Shown here piece after piece: positions 46,577 to 58,910 of a stretch of DNA of 64,000 nt. Source of the stretch: Perna viridis. Its lineage: Eukaryota. The stretch lies in contig CM074513.1 in the NCBI GenBank assembly GCA_037379345.1, forward strand, positions 49,331,195 through 49,395,194. Direction: 5' to 3'. Position 1 is the stretch's first letter. The number at the start of each line of letters is the position of its first letter. The notes beneath the pieces were generated by a model. The model was not told the origin of the DNA. It ran no database searches and saw only the letters and a list, made by a program, of their open reading frames with translations. Position numbers and translations under genes: made by a program.

Positions 46577-49500
46577 CATTCATTCATTCATTCATTCATT
46601 TATTTATTTCTTCATTAAATAATTATGAATATACATACATAATACATAATACAAAATATTAACTATATTAAGACATGACAATAATATACAACAATCGGGA
46701 TATCAAAATATAGTCACATTAAGGAATCACTATATACATTATGTCTGAGGATTTGGGGGAGATTTGGCGCACGAGATCTCTTGAATCAATTTGTCCCTGA
46801 GTGTGCCTGTTGAACAACGCTATGCATTGAATCACATGAGTGTGTCTCAGCTAAGACGCCTGAAATTAAGTAAATCGTCATCATCCATATAAGTATCAGG
46901 AATCTTTCCCAAAAGAGTCTGATAAAATGACTCGTCGTTATACAAATGAAGTCCTAGAAACAGTTCAAATTCAAAGTTTTCGGTGATGACATTCCACAAC
47001 AAATCACGCAATGGATAAGTGCATGTACAAGAGCAACACGCGTGAACATATATATCCGTGAATTGATTACCACATACTTTACAGTTTTACGTTATTGACT
47101 GGTATTTCCATCAGAAGTTTGGTAATGATGAATGAGGTTCCGATTTCACTACAAGTTTTCGATTTTCTCCAATAATTGGCAAATGACACAGCTTTATGTA
47201 TATCGCGAAACCTTGTGAATTGGGAAACACTGTCAATTGTAGTCTTCCATGGTTCATTTTGAACACTTGAAATTTTTTCGTTCACTAGTTTTTTCCAAGC
47301 TAATTTTGAGGAGAAATGCCCCGTAGATATAAATTCATGAATGTACTCCTCTAGTTTATACTTGTAGATAATGCTGCATACATCTGGAATAAGGCCACAG
47401 TGTTTATGATTTCCTTTCATCAAGAGGGAAAATAACCTAGTCAAGAATATCTGTTAGGATTTGTAGTTAATGTCCGACATACAAAGCTTCTGTAGAACAA
47501 CAGTTTCCTTTTGTCTATTTGACTACCTATAGGATGTAACCCACAATGCTCTCACACATGTGGGATCGAGTTGATGTCTTTACTTTCAAAATACGATTTG
47601 ATTATACAGTGTTGCAAACGGTTTAAGGAGGCTATCTCGTTTGTTTTCAAATTCTTCCATACTTCACAACCATGTAGAGTGGACGGAGGGACTACATATT
47701 TATATAAGTCAATAAGCACTTTTGAGTTTGTTATTTCCGACATTATTCCACTAAGGTCAAAAAAGCAATTTCTTCCTTTTCGACACGAGCTATTTGTTCT
47801 TTCACTCAAGTTCAATTTTGAGTTAAGTTCGATTCCTAGGTGAGTATATCCGCGAGCTTGTGGAATATGTTTACGGCCTATAGTCCAATCAAAAGGAAGG
47901 GGTTGGTCGGAGAAAAAAACTGTAGTACACATGACTCTCTTGCATTAAATTGAAAGCGGCAGGTACGTGCATAATATTCACATACGTCAAGCATGCGCTG
48001 AAGAGACAAAGGGGAAGTAGCAATACATGAGATATCGTCCGCTAAGGCTGGGACACAGCTGACTACATTCATAATACCTGTATTCGAATTTTTTTTGTTC
48101 TAGCTGTTGCAATAAATCATTGACAAAAAACTAAATATAAAAGACCCGACAACCTCCTCCTTGTCTAACACCTTCATTAACTTGAAAAAAAGTTTGACTG
48201 GCATTGATTTGAAACAATAGAAATTAGTGTTCGTACGTACAGTAATCAATAATTTCCCACAATTCACCTTTTACTCCTAGTCTATTTAATTTAAACATAA
48301 GACCTTTACGCCAAACCGTGTCAAAGGCCTTTCTGCTATTCAAATAAGCGACGAAAACTCTACTAGACATCTCTGTATTTTGAAAAAGAAATGTTTCTTG
48401 CAAATTAAACGAGACAGTGAGGCAGCTGAGATTCCGTTGAAATCCCTGCTGCTTTAATGTCATTGTCTAGCACAGTAAGAGGACGCGATTTTACCACTTG
48501 CTTGAAAATTTTCAGAATACACGATAAAAGGCCTATAGGTCGGTAACTGTCTGGGGATGTCTATTCTTTATTATTTCCCTTGTATAACGGGACAAGAAGA
48601 CCACATGTCCGCGCATTTGGGATATGTCCAGCTCTAATAATTACGTTATGTAACGTGGTTAGATAGATTCCTCTGAAATCCCTGCTGCTGGGAATTCGGA
48701 GATTTAACATCATCGTCTAGAAAAGAAGGAAGACGCGATTTTACTACTTGCTCGAAAATTTTCAGAATACACGATAACAGGGCTTATAGGTCGTTATATA
48801 ACGTGGTTAGACATTTTACAAGAGATGTTTCACAGTGGATTAAATGTTCATGTTGTATCCGATCTTGTCCACTAGCTTTTCGTCGTTCCAAGTTTTGAAC
48901 TATCATTTCAATTTTAGTCTATGTCACTTTAACACCTGGTAAATTTTCTTTGTTGTGTTGTACAGCTTCATGTATCTCGCTTTAGAATTCTACTGTGCGT
49001 CTGCCACTACTATCAAATGATTCGTCATCACTTTCTTCGTACAGATTTGAGAAGTATTCTTTAAATGCATCAACGACTGACTCGGGAGTGTTATATATTT
49101 TTCCGTTGAAGGTTATAGCTGGGTATATTTAATCAGATGTACGTTTGTGGCGTTTAATTAGCTTCCAAAATAAGCGAATGTCACACTCAGTTGCATCGTT
49201 TATGTCTTTATAATTCTTATGTTAATATTCTTCAGCAGCAGCATTTTAAATATTCCGAAATTCACTTTTAGCTTCTTTTTTTTTTATAGTTCTTGTAAGT
49301 GTCAAACATCATGCCTCTCGAGCGGCCTTCTGCTAGCCACAGATGACGCATAGCTCGTTCTTTATTGTGGGCTGCTTTGACTTTTGCATTCCAATAAGGT
49401 TTTGTTTGAGGGGTTATAATCACACTTTGGGATAGTTCTTTCTGCTGATTGGTGTATGATTTTTGCAAATTCATCGTTCATTTTATCAACATCACAATGA

Positions 49501-49735
49501 TCGTCTATTTGGAGATTTTTGCACAAGAAATCTAACGTACCCTGTAGCTCACTTTTGTAGTCATTTAATTGTCTCTCATTTACCTTGTGCCATGCCAAAA
49601 GGTGTATTTCCGGATTTATGATATAATGCGGAGTAGAATCAATAGTTAAATTTACAATTACTGGTAGATGGTCGGAGGTACTAGAAAATGTCCCTTCAGG
49701 AGGAATTTCATAGGAACTCACCTGTCTGAACATGG
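46577..49735 (-). mobile_element. L2-group LINE ORF2, 5'-truncated at the palindrome arm, decayed
   Basis: TSDHLPV (EN end), KPYWN, QQGFQ..SCLTVSF, KAFDTVWRKGL, ALADDISC; (ATTC)n/(ATTT)n tail at 46577-46610. Confidence 0.88.
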
Positions 49736-51394
49736 CTACTAAATAAAATACAATTAATTCTTCATATTCATTAACGTTAACTGGTTTTTAATTATTTTTT
49801 TTTTGTAAATTATTTGTAATTTCATTGTCTTGTGTAATAATGTCAAATGGATTGTACACTTTGAATAGATTTTAAATTTTTATTTGATTTTCTTTTTGTT
49901 CAATGGATTATGTAATTTGAATAGATGTCTCACGGATTAGACAGGTGTTTGAAACTTCCCATTTTACTGGTGATTTCAATAGCCCATGTATTGATTTTTA
50001 ACCGTTTTATTGTGCTTTATGAATACATTAGAGGTGTAAGGACGTGTTGCGCAATGTTTACTTCTCGGACATTAATTTTTATCGTTGTTTTAGTTATTTT
50101 TGTTTAATTATGTTGAATATTTTTTTGTATTTAGTTTGAATAATTAATATTACTATTTTGACTAACGTCTAAAGATATACTGACAATTGTAAGGTTAACA
50201 ATTGATATTTACGTTTGGAATGTTAATAGCTTTTGAATGGTGTATTGCCTTTCATATTTATTAAAATTTGATTTTTATAGTCGACTTATTCATCACCGAT
50301 GACAGACACACGCAACCTTTTCATCGATTTTATCCGTGTTACGAGGCTCTATCGGGTAAACAGATTTCCTTTTTCATACTTTCAATGTTTACATGTCGAG
50401 TGTACTAGATTTGACCCGTTATGGGGGTAAACCTACTACAGGATTTTTTTCTCTCTCCATATTTTCATTCGTGCTTTGTTTCCTTCGCCCCCTTTTTTGT
50501 ATAAGTATTGTATGATGTTTTTTTTTTATAAGGAGATCGAACTTTTAAATGTTACACAACAAGATTTATTTACAATTCATAATCATTGTTCCATTCGTCG
50601 GGGTGTCGTCTGTTTTTCGAGACCGGATCCTGCTCCATGGTCTGTTCCATAACGTGTTGCTCTTCCCCCTTTAAATGACACTTCACGATCCGATCTTCTT
50701 ATGATTCCGCTTTACTATGAGTCTTCTTTCCGTCTGAGTATCGTTGGCGTCAAGACTATTTTTCCACCCTATTTAACCTTCTCTTCCTTTTGTTCCTCGG
50801 ATTACATGACTTATGGTCTTTGGACTAGGTTTTCATTGTATATCCCATATAGGTCCTGATATTTTTGATGAACTTTCCTCTCATCATATTAGGTCCAGGT
50901 ATCGTAGTTCAATATGATTCATCTAGTTGAACTTTTGCAACTTTCTTGATTTATTAAAGTCGTTGATTCTTATGCAAAGATTCAAGGTGCTCCGCTCTGG
51001 TTTCCACTAATATTAGCTATTCTGACGTTGTACGTTTTACGTTCTTAATACAGCTACACGATCTTTGTTCTGAAATCCTCTTCATTAATAGGTGTTACAT
51101 TTGTTTTCTTGGCTTTTTTTTCTTTCCTCCAGCTGGTCTACCACGAGGTCTTCTGGGGGCCTCACTTTCTTTTGTCAGTTCATTCCTTGGTTTGCATTGT
51201 ACACTTTCTTTCGTCCATTGCACGTGTATTGCATCACGTCTGGTGACCTCTTCTAAATGAATCCCTCGAAAAGGAACTATATTGTAAATCTTCATTGCTC
51301 CGGGTGCGTCCATTTCCTTTGCGAGTCGGCCAAGAAGTGACCACATACTTTTTATCTCTATTTATACTTTTCCTCATCCAAAAACACATCCTGA

Positions 51395-52888
51395 ATTTCC
51401 CATGGGAAAATGTTTCTTCACAATCTCAAGTTGTCGGGAATGCCCTGTTTCATGTCGATCAATAAATATCCGTGAGGTTGGGCAGTGGCATACTCGTACG
51501 ATTTCATTAAGTAGTTTGTCTTTTGGGGGAACATTTGTAGGGCCATGGTCATGGCCTGTGATACTTCTCTGGGATTTTTAAACAGAACCAGGTAATGGGC
51601 ATTCAGACTGATGGTTCTGTGATACTTGTTTTTGTTGAACAGATTCTGGACCAACAACATGACACTTATATTTTTGTGGTGAGAATATTTCGTGAAGAGA
51701 TGTGAGATAGATTCAGTGACCGAATCCATCATATCGTCAAGAACAAGCAAGTGTCTTTCTCTGGGATCCAATATGTCAAGGTCGGGGAGTCCTTGTACAA
51801 AGTCGACATCCTCCATGGTTCCATAAATCGTCTGGTACACGTCTTACCACCACGTTATTCGATTGGGTCTAGGCATGATCGTGTGTTTCACGTTTTGTAC
51901 GAGTAATCAAGGGAACCAAGGTTACAGCGGTAATCAAAAGAATGTAATCCAGGAACAAAGACCAGACATGGAAAACAGACATACACATCAAAGAACATAA
52001 AGTAACTAAAATCATACATACAAAGTAACAAAAGCAAATGAGCAACTCGGACTCCACTAAAAACTGGGAGCATGGACCAGGTGCACCGGTAGGGTAAGTG
52101 TCCTCTGCTTTTCTAGAAACACCCGCCGAGTTGCTCATAAAAAGTCAAGTCCGGGGTAGACAAACGAGGAAAGAAAAACCATGACCCGTTTAATAAATCA
52201 ATTTTCATGGTGCTGATGGATACACCATAACGATCCACGACTTTATGATGATGACCATAAAACTTCTGTAGTAATGACTTCAATCTTGTAGCAACATAAC
52301 CCTGTTCCAGAAGCCTATTTGTTAGAGTTCTAGCGCGATACATAACGTCTGCGTTGTTTCAGCAAGCTCTGACATAACGCATGAGTTGTGATATGAACAC
52401 TCCATACGCAGGTGCTGAAGGGATGTTGCCACAGATGAAAGGAAAGTAATACACATCGTTTTTCCACTTCCGGTGGGTCCTGCTATGACGTTGGTAAAGG
52501 GACGAGCCCATGGCATGAAATGTTCGTCCAAGTATCTTTTGGGTACGTCGAAAGCAAGGGGATCGTCTGTCGGATGTATGAAAAAGTTTTCGTTAGCTGG
52601 GTGCTTGGGTGATCTTTCTTGAGTTTCATCTTTGATCGATTGGCATAGCCTTTTCATCAAAGTATCTTGGTTTTCTTTCCTCAAAGAATACTGGTGAAGT
52701 CCGGTCATCAAAGTATCATAGTCCGATACGTTGGTTTGACTTGGTCTAATCTGTGGGTATGGTCTGTACCTTGTTGTATCTGAATATTTACGGTGAAATA
52801 ATCTCATATATCTGTTTAAACTATCCATTCTACTCAAAGACTTTGAACACGTGGAACAGGGGAACATGTTGACTCTACGACAGTCCAT
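51395..52888 (-). pseudogene. C2H2 zinc finger plus Maverick packaging ATPase, interrupted by a Penelope fragment (left copy)
   Basis: FPCSTCSKSLSRMDSLNRYMRLFH; PFTNVIAGPTGSGKT | insertion | VQNVKH..YQTIY..LVLDDMM..LFTKYSHHKNISV..QNLF..RTISLNAHYLVLFKNPR..PHGYLLIDMK..LRL. Confidence 0.9.
51901..52447 (-). mobile_element. Penelope-like 3' fragment inside the ATPase (left arm)
   Basis: Homologous to 54471-55018. Confidence 0.85.
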
Positions 52889-52960
52889 TTACAACTGTCA
52901 ACTTTCAAGGGTAAACTCGTTTATATATGGTTTCTGGAACATTGTTTGGTTTACCTCAAG

Positions 52961-53122
52961 GTGTGTGTTTGTACGTGTACGTGTGTGTGTGTGTGTGTAC
53001 TTGTGCGCGTGTCTGTTTGTACGTATGTGTTTGTACATGTGTGTGTTTGTACGTGTGCGTGTTTGTACGCATGTTTGTATGTGTGTGTGTGTTTGTACGT
53101 GTTTGTATGTACGTGTGTGTGT
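52961..53122 (+). repeat. Compound (TG)n microsatellite (mirrored as (CA)n at 57226-57343)
   Basis: Direct inspection. Confidence 0.9.
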
Positions 53123-53149
53123 GATTGAGGTCAGATACACCCCAATCCT

Positions 53150-54362
53150 AACATAACCATAACCCTGGACAAACATCAACATCTGACCCCAACCTTATAT
53201 ATAACCTCAAGCCTAACAAACACTTACCATAGGCTTAACCTTTGTCATAGACTTGATCCTATATCTTACGGTTGAGTCTTACAACTTTCTTGATATTAGA
53301 CCTTATCTGCACTCTAACCCTAAACCTAACCCTAAGCCAACCCCTAGTGATCTTAACTCTATACATAAAACTAGGCGTAACCCTATACTTAACCATACAC
53401 CCTAAGCCAACCCCCTAGTGATTTTAACTCTATACATAACACTAGGCGTAACCCTATACTTAACCATACACTTAACCTTAACCCTAACCCTAATCCGAAC
53501 TTAACCAAAACCTTAGACAAACATCAACATCTGACCCTTACCTTAAACATAACCCCAAGCCTAATCCAACTCTTTACCATAAAATTAACTTTTGCCATAG
53601 ACATGGGCCTATATCTAAAGGTAGAGTCTAACAACTTTCTTGACACTAGACCATATCTGAAACTCTAACCCTAACCCTTGCTCTAATCTTATCATGACAA
53701 TTTCTTTCACCTTAATGCAAACGCTTTCACTATGTTCCGAACACTACCGCTAAACATAACCCTGAACCGAAACAAGTACATGTATCTTACCCTAACCACA
53801 TAACTAACTCTAAATCTAACTTTCACTAAAGTCATCATCATGGACCATCAAGACCAATACATGACATAAGACCTAACTTTAGATCTAACTTCAACCTAGA
53901 CCTAACCTACCCCTAGACAAATACTAAGATCAGGTCTCAAACATATACTTAATCACAACCGTATACCAAAACTTGGCTAAACTACAGATTTAATTGTGAT
54001 CAAATGAAGACCTTAACCTAGATCTATCTGAAACCCTAACCCTAACCTTAGCTCTGATTTTGTCATGACAGTTTTATTTTCACCTTAAGGCTTTAGCTCT
54101 ATTCCGAACACTAACCCCTAACATAACCCCGAAGCGAAACAAGTACCCGTAACTTACCATAATCACATAACTAAGTATAGATCTAACTAGATCTAAGACC
54201 TCACCCTAGACCATCAAGACCAAAACTTGAAAGTCTTAAATCTTGATCGGACTTTAACAGAGACCTAACCTAAACCTATCTCTAAACCTAATCCTAACTC
54301 TAGACAACCCATCCCCCTTAGACAAGTACTGACCTGTTCAAATAACCGTAACCCTGACTCTA
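53150..54362 (-). repeat. Degenerate telomere-like (CCCTAA/CCTAA-rich) DNA with internal duplications
   Basis: CTAACCCTAAACCTAACCCTAAG and TAACCCTAACCCTAAT etc.; ~70-bp tandem duplication at 53332-53471. Confidence 0.75.
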
Positions 54363-54422
54363 GTTGTTAGACTCAGAGTGAGAATAACAGAAAATGAATC
54401 AGAAAAATACGGAAAAAAACTA

Positions 54423-55018
54423 TTGACCAAACTTTACGACAAACGTGATGACTTTTCATTCAGAATTGTCAACTTTCCTTTCATCTGTGGCAACATCCCT
54501 TCGGCTCCTGCGTATGGAGTGTTCATATCACAACTCATACGTTATGCCAGAGCTTGCCGAAACTACGCATACTTTTTGTATCGCGCTAGAACTCTAACAA
54601 ATAGGCTTCTGGAACAAGGTTATGTTGCTACAAGATTGAAGTCATCACTACAGATGTTTTATGGTCGTTATCATGAACTCGTGGATCGTTATGGTGTATC
54701 CATCAGCACCATGAAAACTGATTTATTCAACGGGTCATAGTTTTCCTTCCCTCGTTTATCTACCCCGGCCTTGACTTTTTATGAGCAACTCGGCGGGTGT
54801 TTCTAGAAAAGCAGAGGACGCTTACCCTACCGGTGCACCTGGTCCATGATCCCAGTTTTTAGTGGAGTCCGAGTTGCTCATTTGCTTTTGTTACTTTGTA
54901 TGTATGATTTTAGTTACTTTATGTTCTTTGATGTGTATGTCTATTTTCCATGTCTGGTCTTTGTCCCTGGATTGCGTTCTTTTGATTACCGCTATAACCT
55001 TGGTTCCCTTGATTACTC
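54423..55018 (+). mobile_element. Penelope-like retroelement 3' fragment (RT C-terminus + 3' UTR), possibly Naiad-type
   Basis: TKLYDKRDDFSFRIVNFPFICGNIPSAPAYGVFISQLIRYARAC..LLEQGY..FYGRY. The ORF ends after the RT thumb with no C-terminal GIY-YIG. Clade assignment is inference. Confidence 0.82.
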
Positions 55019-55125
55019 TTACAGAACACTAGAGACTTGGAATTAGAGATTAGGTAATAGAAAAACAACCACAATGAAGATTTTGGGTGAGAGTTAGGGT
55101 CAAGAGTTATGGTCAGGGTTAGGAT

Positions 55126-56527
55126 TAGTGTTTGAACAATAGAAAAACAAAACAGAACAAGGCTTAAGGTTAGGTTAAGAGTCAAAGTAAGAGGTAGTGT
55201 TAAAACGACAGAAAAACATACAGAACAAGGATAAGGTTAGGGTATGAGTCAGAGTAAGAGGTAGTGTTAAAACGACAGAAAAACATACAGAACAAGGATA
55301 AGGTTAGGGTAGGAGTCAGAGTAAGAGGTAGTGTTAAAACGACAGAAAAAACATACAGAACAAGGATAAGGTTAGGGTAGGAGTCAAAGTAAGAGGTAGT
55401 GTTAAAACGACAGAAAAACATACAGAACAAGGATAAGGTTAGGGTAGGAGTCAAAGTAAGCGGTAGTGTTAAAACGACAGAAAAACATACAGAACAAGGA
55501 TAAGGTTAGGGTAGGAGTCAAAGTAAGAGGTAGTGTTAAAACGACAGAAAAACATACAGAACAAGGATAAGGTTAGGGTAGGAGTCAAAGTAAGAGGTAG
55601 TGTTAAAACGACAGAAAAACATACAGAACAAGGATAAGGTTAGGGTAGGAGTCAAAGTAAGAGGTAGTGTTAAAACGACAGAAAAACATACAGAACAAGG
55701 ATAAGGTTAGGGTAGGAGTCAAAGTAAGAGGTAGTGTTAAAACGACAGAAAAACATACAGAACAAGGATAAGGTTAGGGTAGGAGTCAAAGTAAGAGGTA
55801 GTGTTAAAACGACAGAAAAACATACAGAACAAGGATAAGGTTAGAGTAGGAGTCAAAGTAAGAGGTAGTGTTAAAACGACAGAAAAACATACAGAACAAG
55901 GCTTAAGGTTAGAGTAGGAGTCAAAGTAAGAGGTAGTGTTAAAACGACAGAAAAACATACAGAACAAGGATAAGGTTAGGGTAGGAGTCAAAGTAAGAGG
56001 TAGTGTTAAAACGACAGAAAAACATACAGAACAAGGATAAGGTTAGGGTAGGAGTCAAAGTAAGAGGTAGTGTTAAAACGACAGAAAAACATACAGAACA
56101 AGGCTTAAGGTTAGAGTAGGAGTCAAAGTAAGAGGTAGTGTTAAAACGACAGAAAAACATACAGAACAAGGATAAGGTTAGGGTAGGAGTCAAAGTAGGA
56201 GGTAGTGTTAAAACGACAGAAAAACATACAGAACAAGGATAAGGTTAGGGTAGGAGTCAAAGTAAGAGGTAGTGTTAAAACGACAGAAAAACATACAGAA
56301 CAAGGATAAGGTTAGGGTAGGAGTCAAAGTAAGAGGTAGTGTTAAAACGACAGAAAAACATACAGAACAAGGATAAGGTTAGGGTAGGAGTCAAAGTAAG
56401 AGGTAGTGTTAAAACGACAGAAAAACATACAGAACAAGGATAAGGTTAGAGTAGGAGTCAAAGTAAGAGGTAGTGTTAAAACGACAGAAAAACATACAGA
56501 ACAAGGATAAGGTTAGGGTAGGAGTCA
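55126..56527 (+). repeat. 67-bp satellite, ~21 highly homogeneous copies, most carrying one TTAGGG
   Basis: Unit GTAGTGTTAAAACGACAGAAAAACATACAGAACAAGGATAAGGTTAGGGTAGGAGTCAAAGTAAGAG starts at 55194, 55261, 55328 and so on. Confidence 0.95.
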
Positions 56528-57210
56528 GGGATAGGGTTAGGATAAGCCTTGGGCTAAGAGTTAACATAATAGAAAACGGGCAGCACATGATACGGATTAG
56601 ACCTAAAGAACACATTATACATAGTCACATGACTTAGGGTTAGGGTTAAGGAGGTGTGAGGGTTTACAAAGAAAAGACAAGTCTAAAGAAAGTTAGGGTT
56701 TGCTATAGAAAAAGTGTCAGAACAAAAGTAAGGATTAGACCTAAAACAAACAAACTAAAAAAATGTCAGTGTGAGTTATATACTATGTTGGGGTATGGTT
56801 ATGGTAAAGTTGGTGTTGAGTGAACACAGAAAAGACCGGACTTAAGAGATGTAGGTTAAACGCTAGGATAAATGTTATAGTGAGGGTTATAGGTCACGGG
56901 AAAGGGTAAGATTTAGTGTTTGATCTAGGGTTAGGTATTCGTCTTGGATGCAGTTAGATCTAGGGTAAGGTCTTCATCTTGATTACATTTAAATCTATAG
57001 TTTGGTCTAAGGTTAGATTCTGGGTTATGATTAAGTGTAGGGTTTGGAACAGGTCTTGTTACTTGTCTAGGGGGGTGTCTAGAGTTAGGGTCAAGTCTAT
57101 GGCAAAGGTTAAGCCTATGGTTAAGTGTTTGGTTAGGTTTGAGGTTATATTTAAGGTTGGGGTCAGATGTTGATGTTTGTCCAGGTTTATGGTTAAGTTA
57201 GAATTAGGGT
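56528..57210 (+). repeat. Degenerate telomere-like (TTAGGG/GGTTA-rich) DNA
   Basis: TTAGGGTTAGGGTTAAGG at 56634-56651, many GGTTAG; 56951-57075 is inversely similar to ~53910-54030. Confidence 0.75.
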
Positions 57211-57273
57211 GTATCTGACCTCAATCACACACACACGTACAAACACGTATATACAAACACACACAAGTACATA

Positions 57274-57311
<38 letters not shown>

Positions 57312-57416
57312 TACGTACAAACACGCACACGTACAAACACACACCTTGAGATAAATCAAACAATGTTCTAGAAACCATATATAAATGAGATTAACCTTAA
57401 AAGTTGACAGTTGTAA

Positions 57417-58910
57417 ATGGACTGTCGTAGAGTCAACATGTTCCCCTGTTCCATGTGTTCAAAGTCTTTGAGTAGAATGGATAGTTTAAACAGACATATG
57501 ACATTAGTTCACCGTAAAAATTCAGATACGACACGGTACAGACCCTACCCACAGGTAAGATCCAGTCAAACCGACGAATCGGACTATGATACTTTGATGA
57601 CCGGACTTCACCAGCATTCTTTGAGGAAAGAAAACCAAGATATTTTGATGAATGGACTACGCCAATCGATCAAAGATGAAACTCAAGAAAGATTACCCAA
57701 GCACCCAGCTAACGAAAACTTTTTCATACATCCGACAGACGATCCCCTTGCTTTCGACGTACCCAAAAGATACTTGGACGAAAATTTCATGCCATGGGCT
57801 CATCCCTTTACCAACGTCATAGCAGGACCCACCGGAAGTGGAAAAACGATGTGTTTTACTTTCCTTTCACCTGTGGCAACATCCCTTCAGCACCTGCGTA
57901 TGGAGTGTTCATATCATAACTCATACGTTATGTCAGAGCTTGCTGAAACTACGCAGACGTTATGTATCGCGCTAGAACTCTAACAAATAGGCTTCTGGAA
58001 CAGGGTTATGTTGCTACAAGATTGAAGTCATTACTACAGAAGTTTTATGGTCGTCATCATGAACTCGTGAATCGTTGTGGTGTATCCATCTGCACCACGA
58101 AAACTGATTTATTAAACGGGTCATGGTTTTCCTTTCCTCGTTTGTCTACCTCAGACTTGACTTTTTATGAGCAAATCGGCGGGGGTTTCTAGAAAAGCAG
58201 AGAACACTTGCCCTACCGGTGCACCTGGTCCATGCTCCCAGTTTTTAGTGGAGTACGAGTTGCTCATTTGCTTTTGTTACTTTGTATGTATGATTATAGT
58301 TATGTTCTTTGTTGTGTATGTCTGTTTTCCATGTCTGGTCTTTGTCCCTGGATTACATTCTTTTGATTACCGCTATAACCTTGGTTCCCTTGATTACTCG
58401 TACAAAACGTGAAACACACGATCATGCCTAGACCCAATCGAATAACGGGGTGGTAAGACGTGTACCAGACGATTTATGGAACCATGGGGGATGTCGACTT
58501 TGTACAAGGACTCCCCGACCTTGACATATTGGATCCCAGAGAGAGAGACACTTGCTTGTTCTAGACGATATGATGGATTCGGTCATTGAATCTATCTCAC
58601 ATCTCTTCACGAAATATTCTCACCACAAAAATATAAGTGTTATGTTGTTGGTCCAGAATCTGTTCAACAAAAACAAGTATCACAGGACTATCAGTCTGAA
58701 TGCCCATTACCTGGTTCTGTTTAAAAATCCCAGAGAAGTATCACAGGCCATGACCATGGCCCTACAAATGTTCCCCCCCAAAAGACAAACTACTTAATGA
58801 AATCGTACGAGTATGCCACTGCCAAACCCCACGGATATTTATTGATCGACATGAAACAGGGCATTCCCGACAACTTGAGATTGTGAATAAACATTTTCCC
58901 ATGGGAAATT
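57417..58910 (+). pseudogene. C2H2 zinc finger plus Maverick packaging ATPase, interrupted by a Penelope fragment (right copy)
   Basis: FPCSMCSKSLSRMDSLNRHMTLVH; GPTGSGKT; LVLDDMM; SHHKNISV; SLNAHYLVLFKNPR; additional frameshifts downstream. Confidence 0.9.
57859..58399 (+). mobile_element. Penelope-like 3' fragment inside the ATPase (right arm)
   Basis: Same fragment and same junctions as 51901-52447. Confidence 0.85.

Larger units (their letters stand above)
49754..53260 (-). repeat. Left arm of a large inverted duplication (Maverick-derived)
   Basis: Reverse complement aligns by eye with 57087-60645 throughout, with scattered substitutions and reciprocal indels. Confidence 0.93.

Noticed and set aside
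52851-53182. Cys/Val- or His/Thr-rich ORFs
   Set aside because: Translations of the (TG)n/(CA)n microsatellite.
55126-56527. Regular repeat array as a CRISPR-like locus, or the repeated 84-aa ORFs as genes
   Set aside because: The units are contiguous with no unique spacers, there are no cas genes and the context is eukaryotic. The ORFs are by-products of the satellite.
53150-57210. Ancestral telomere-telomere fusion site
   Set aside because: The orientation is CCCTAA then TTAGGG, the reverse of a fusion, and there are no long perfect hexamer tracts.
52322-57983. Twin 188-aa ORFs as a domesticated, selected gene pair
   Set aside because: They differ at 20 of 188 residues, including a Zn-ligand His. 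The C-terminus is out-of-frame Penelope sequence and the ATPase is severed after Walker A, which fits neutral decay.
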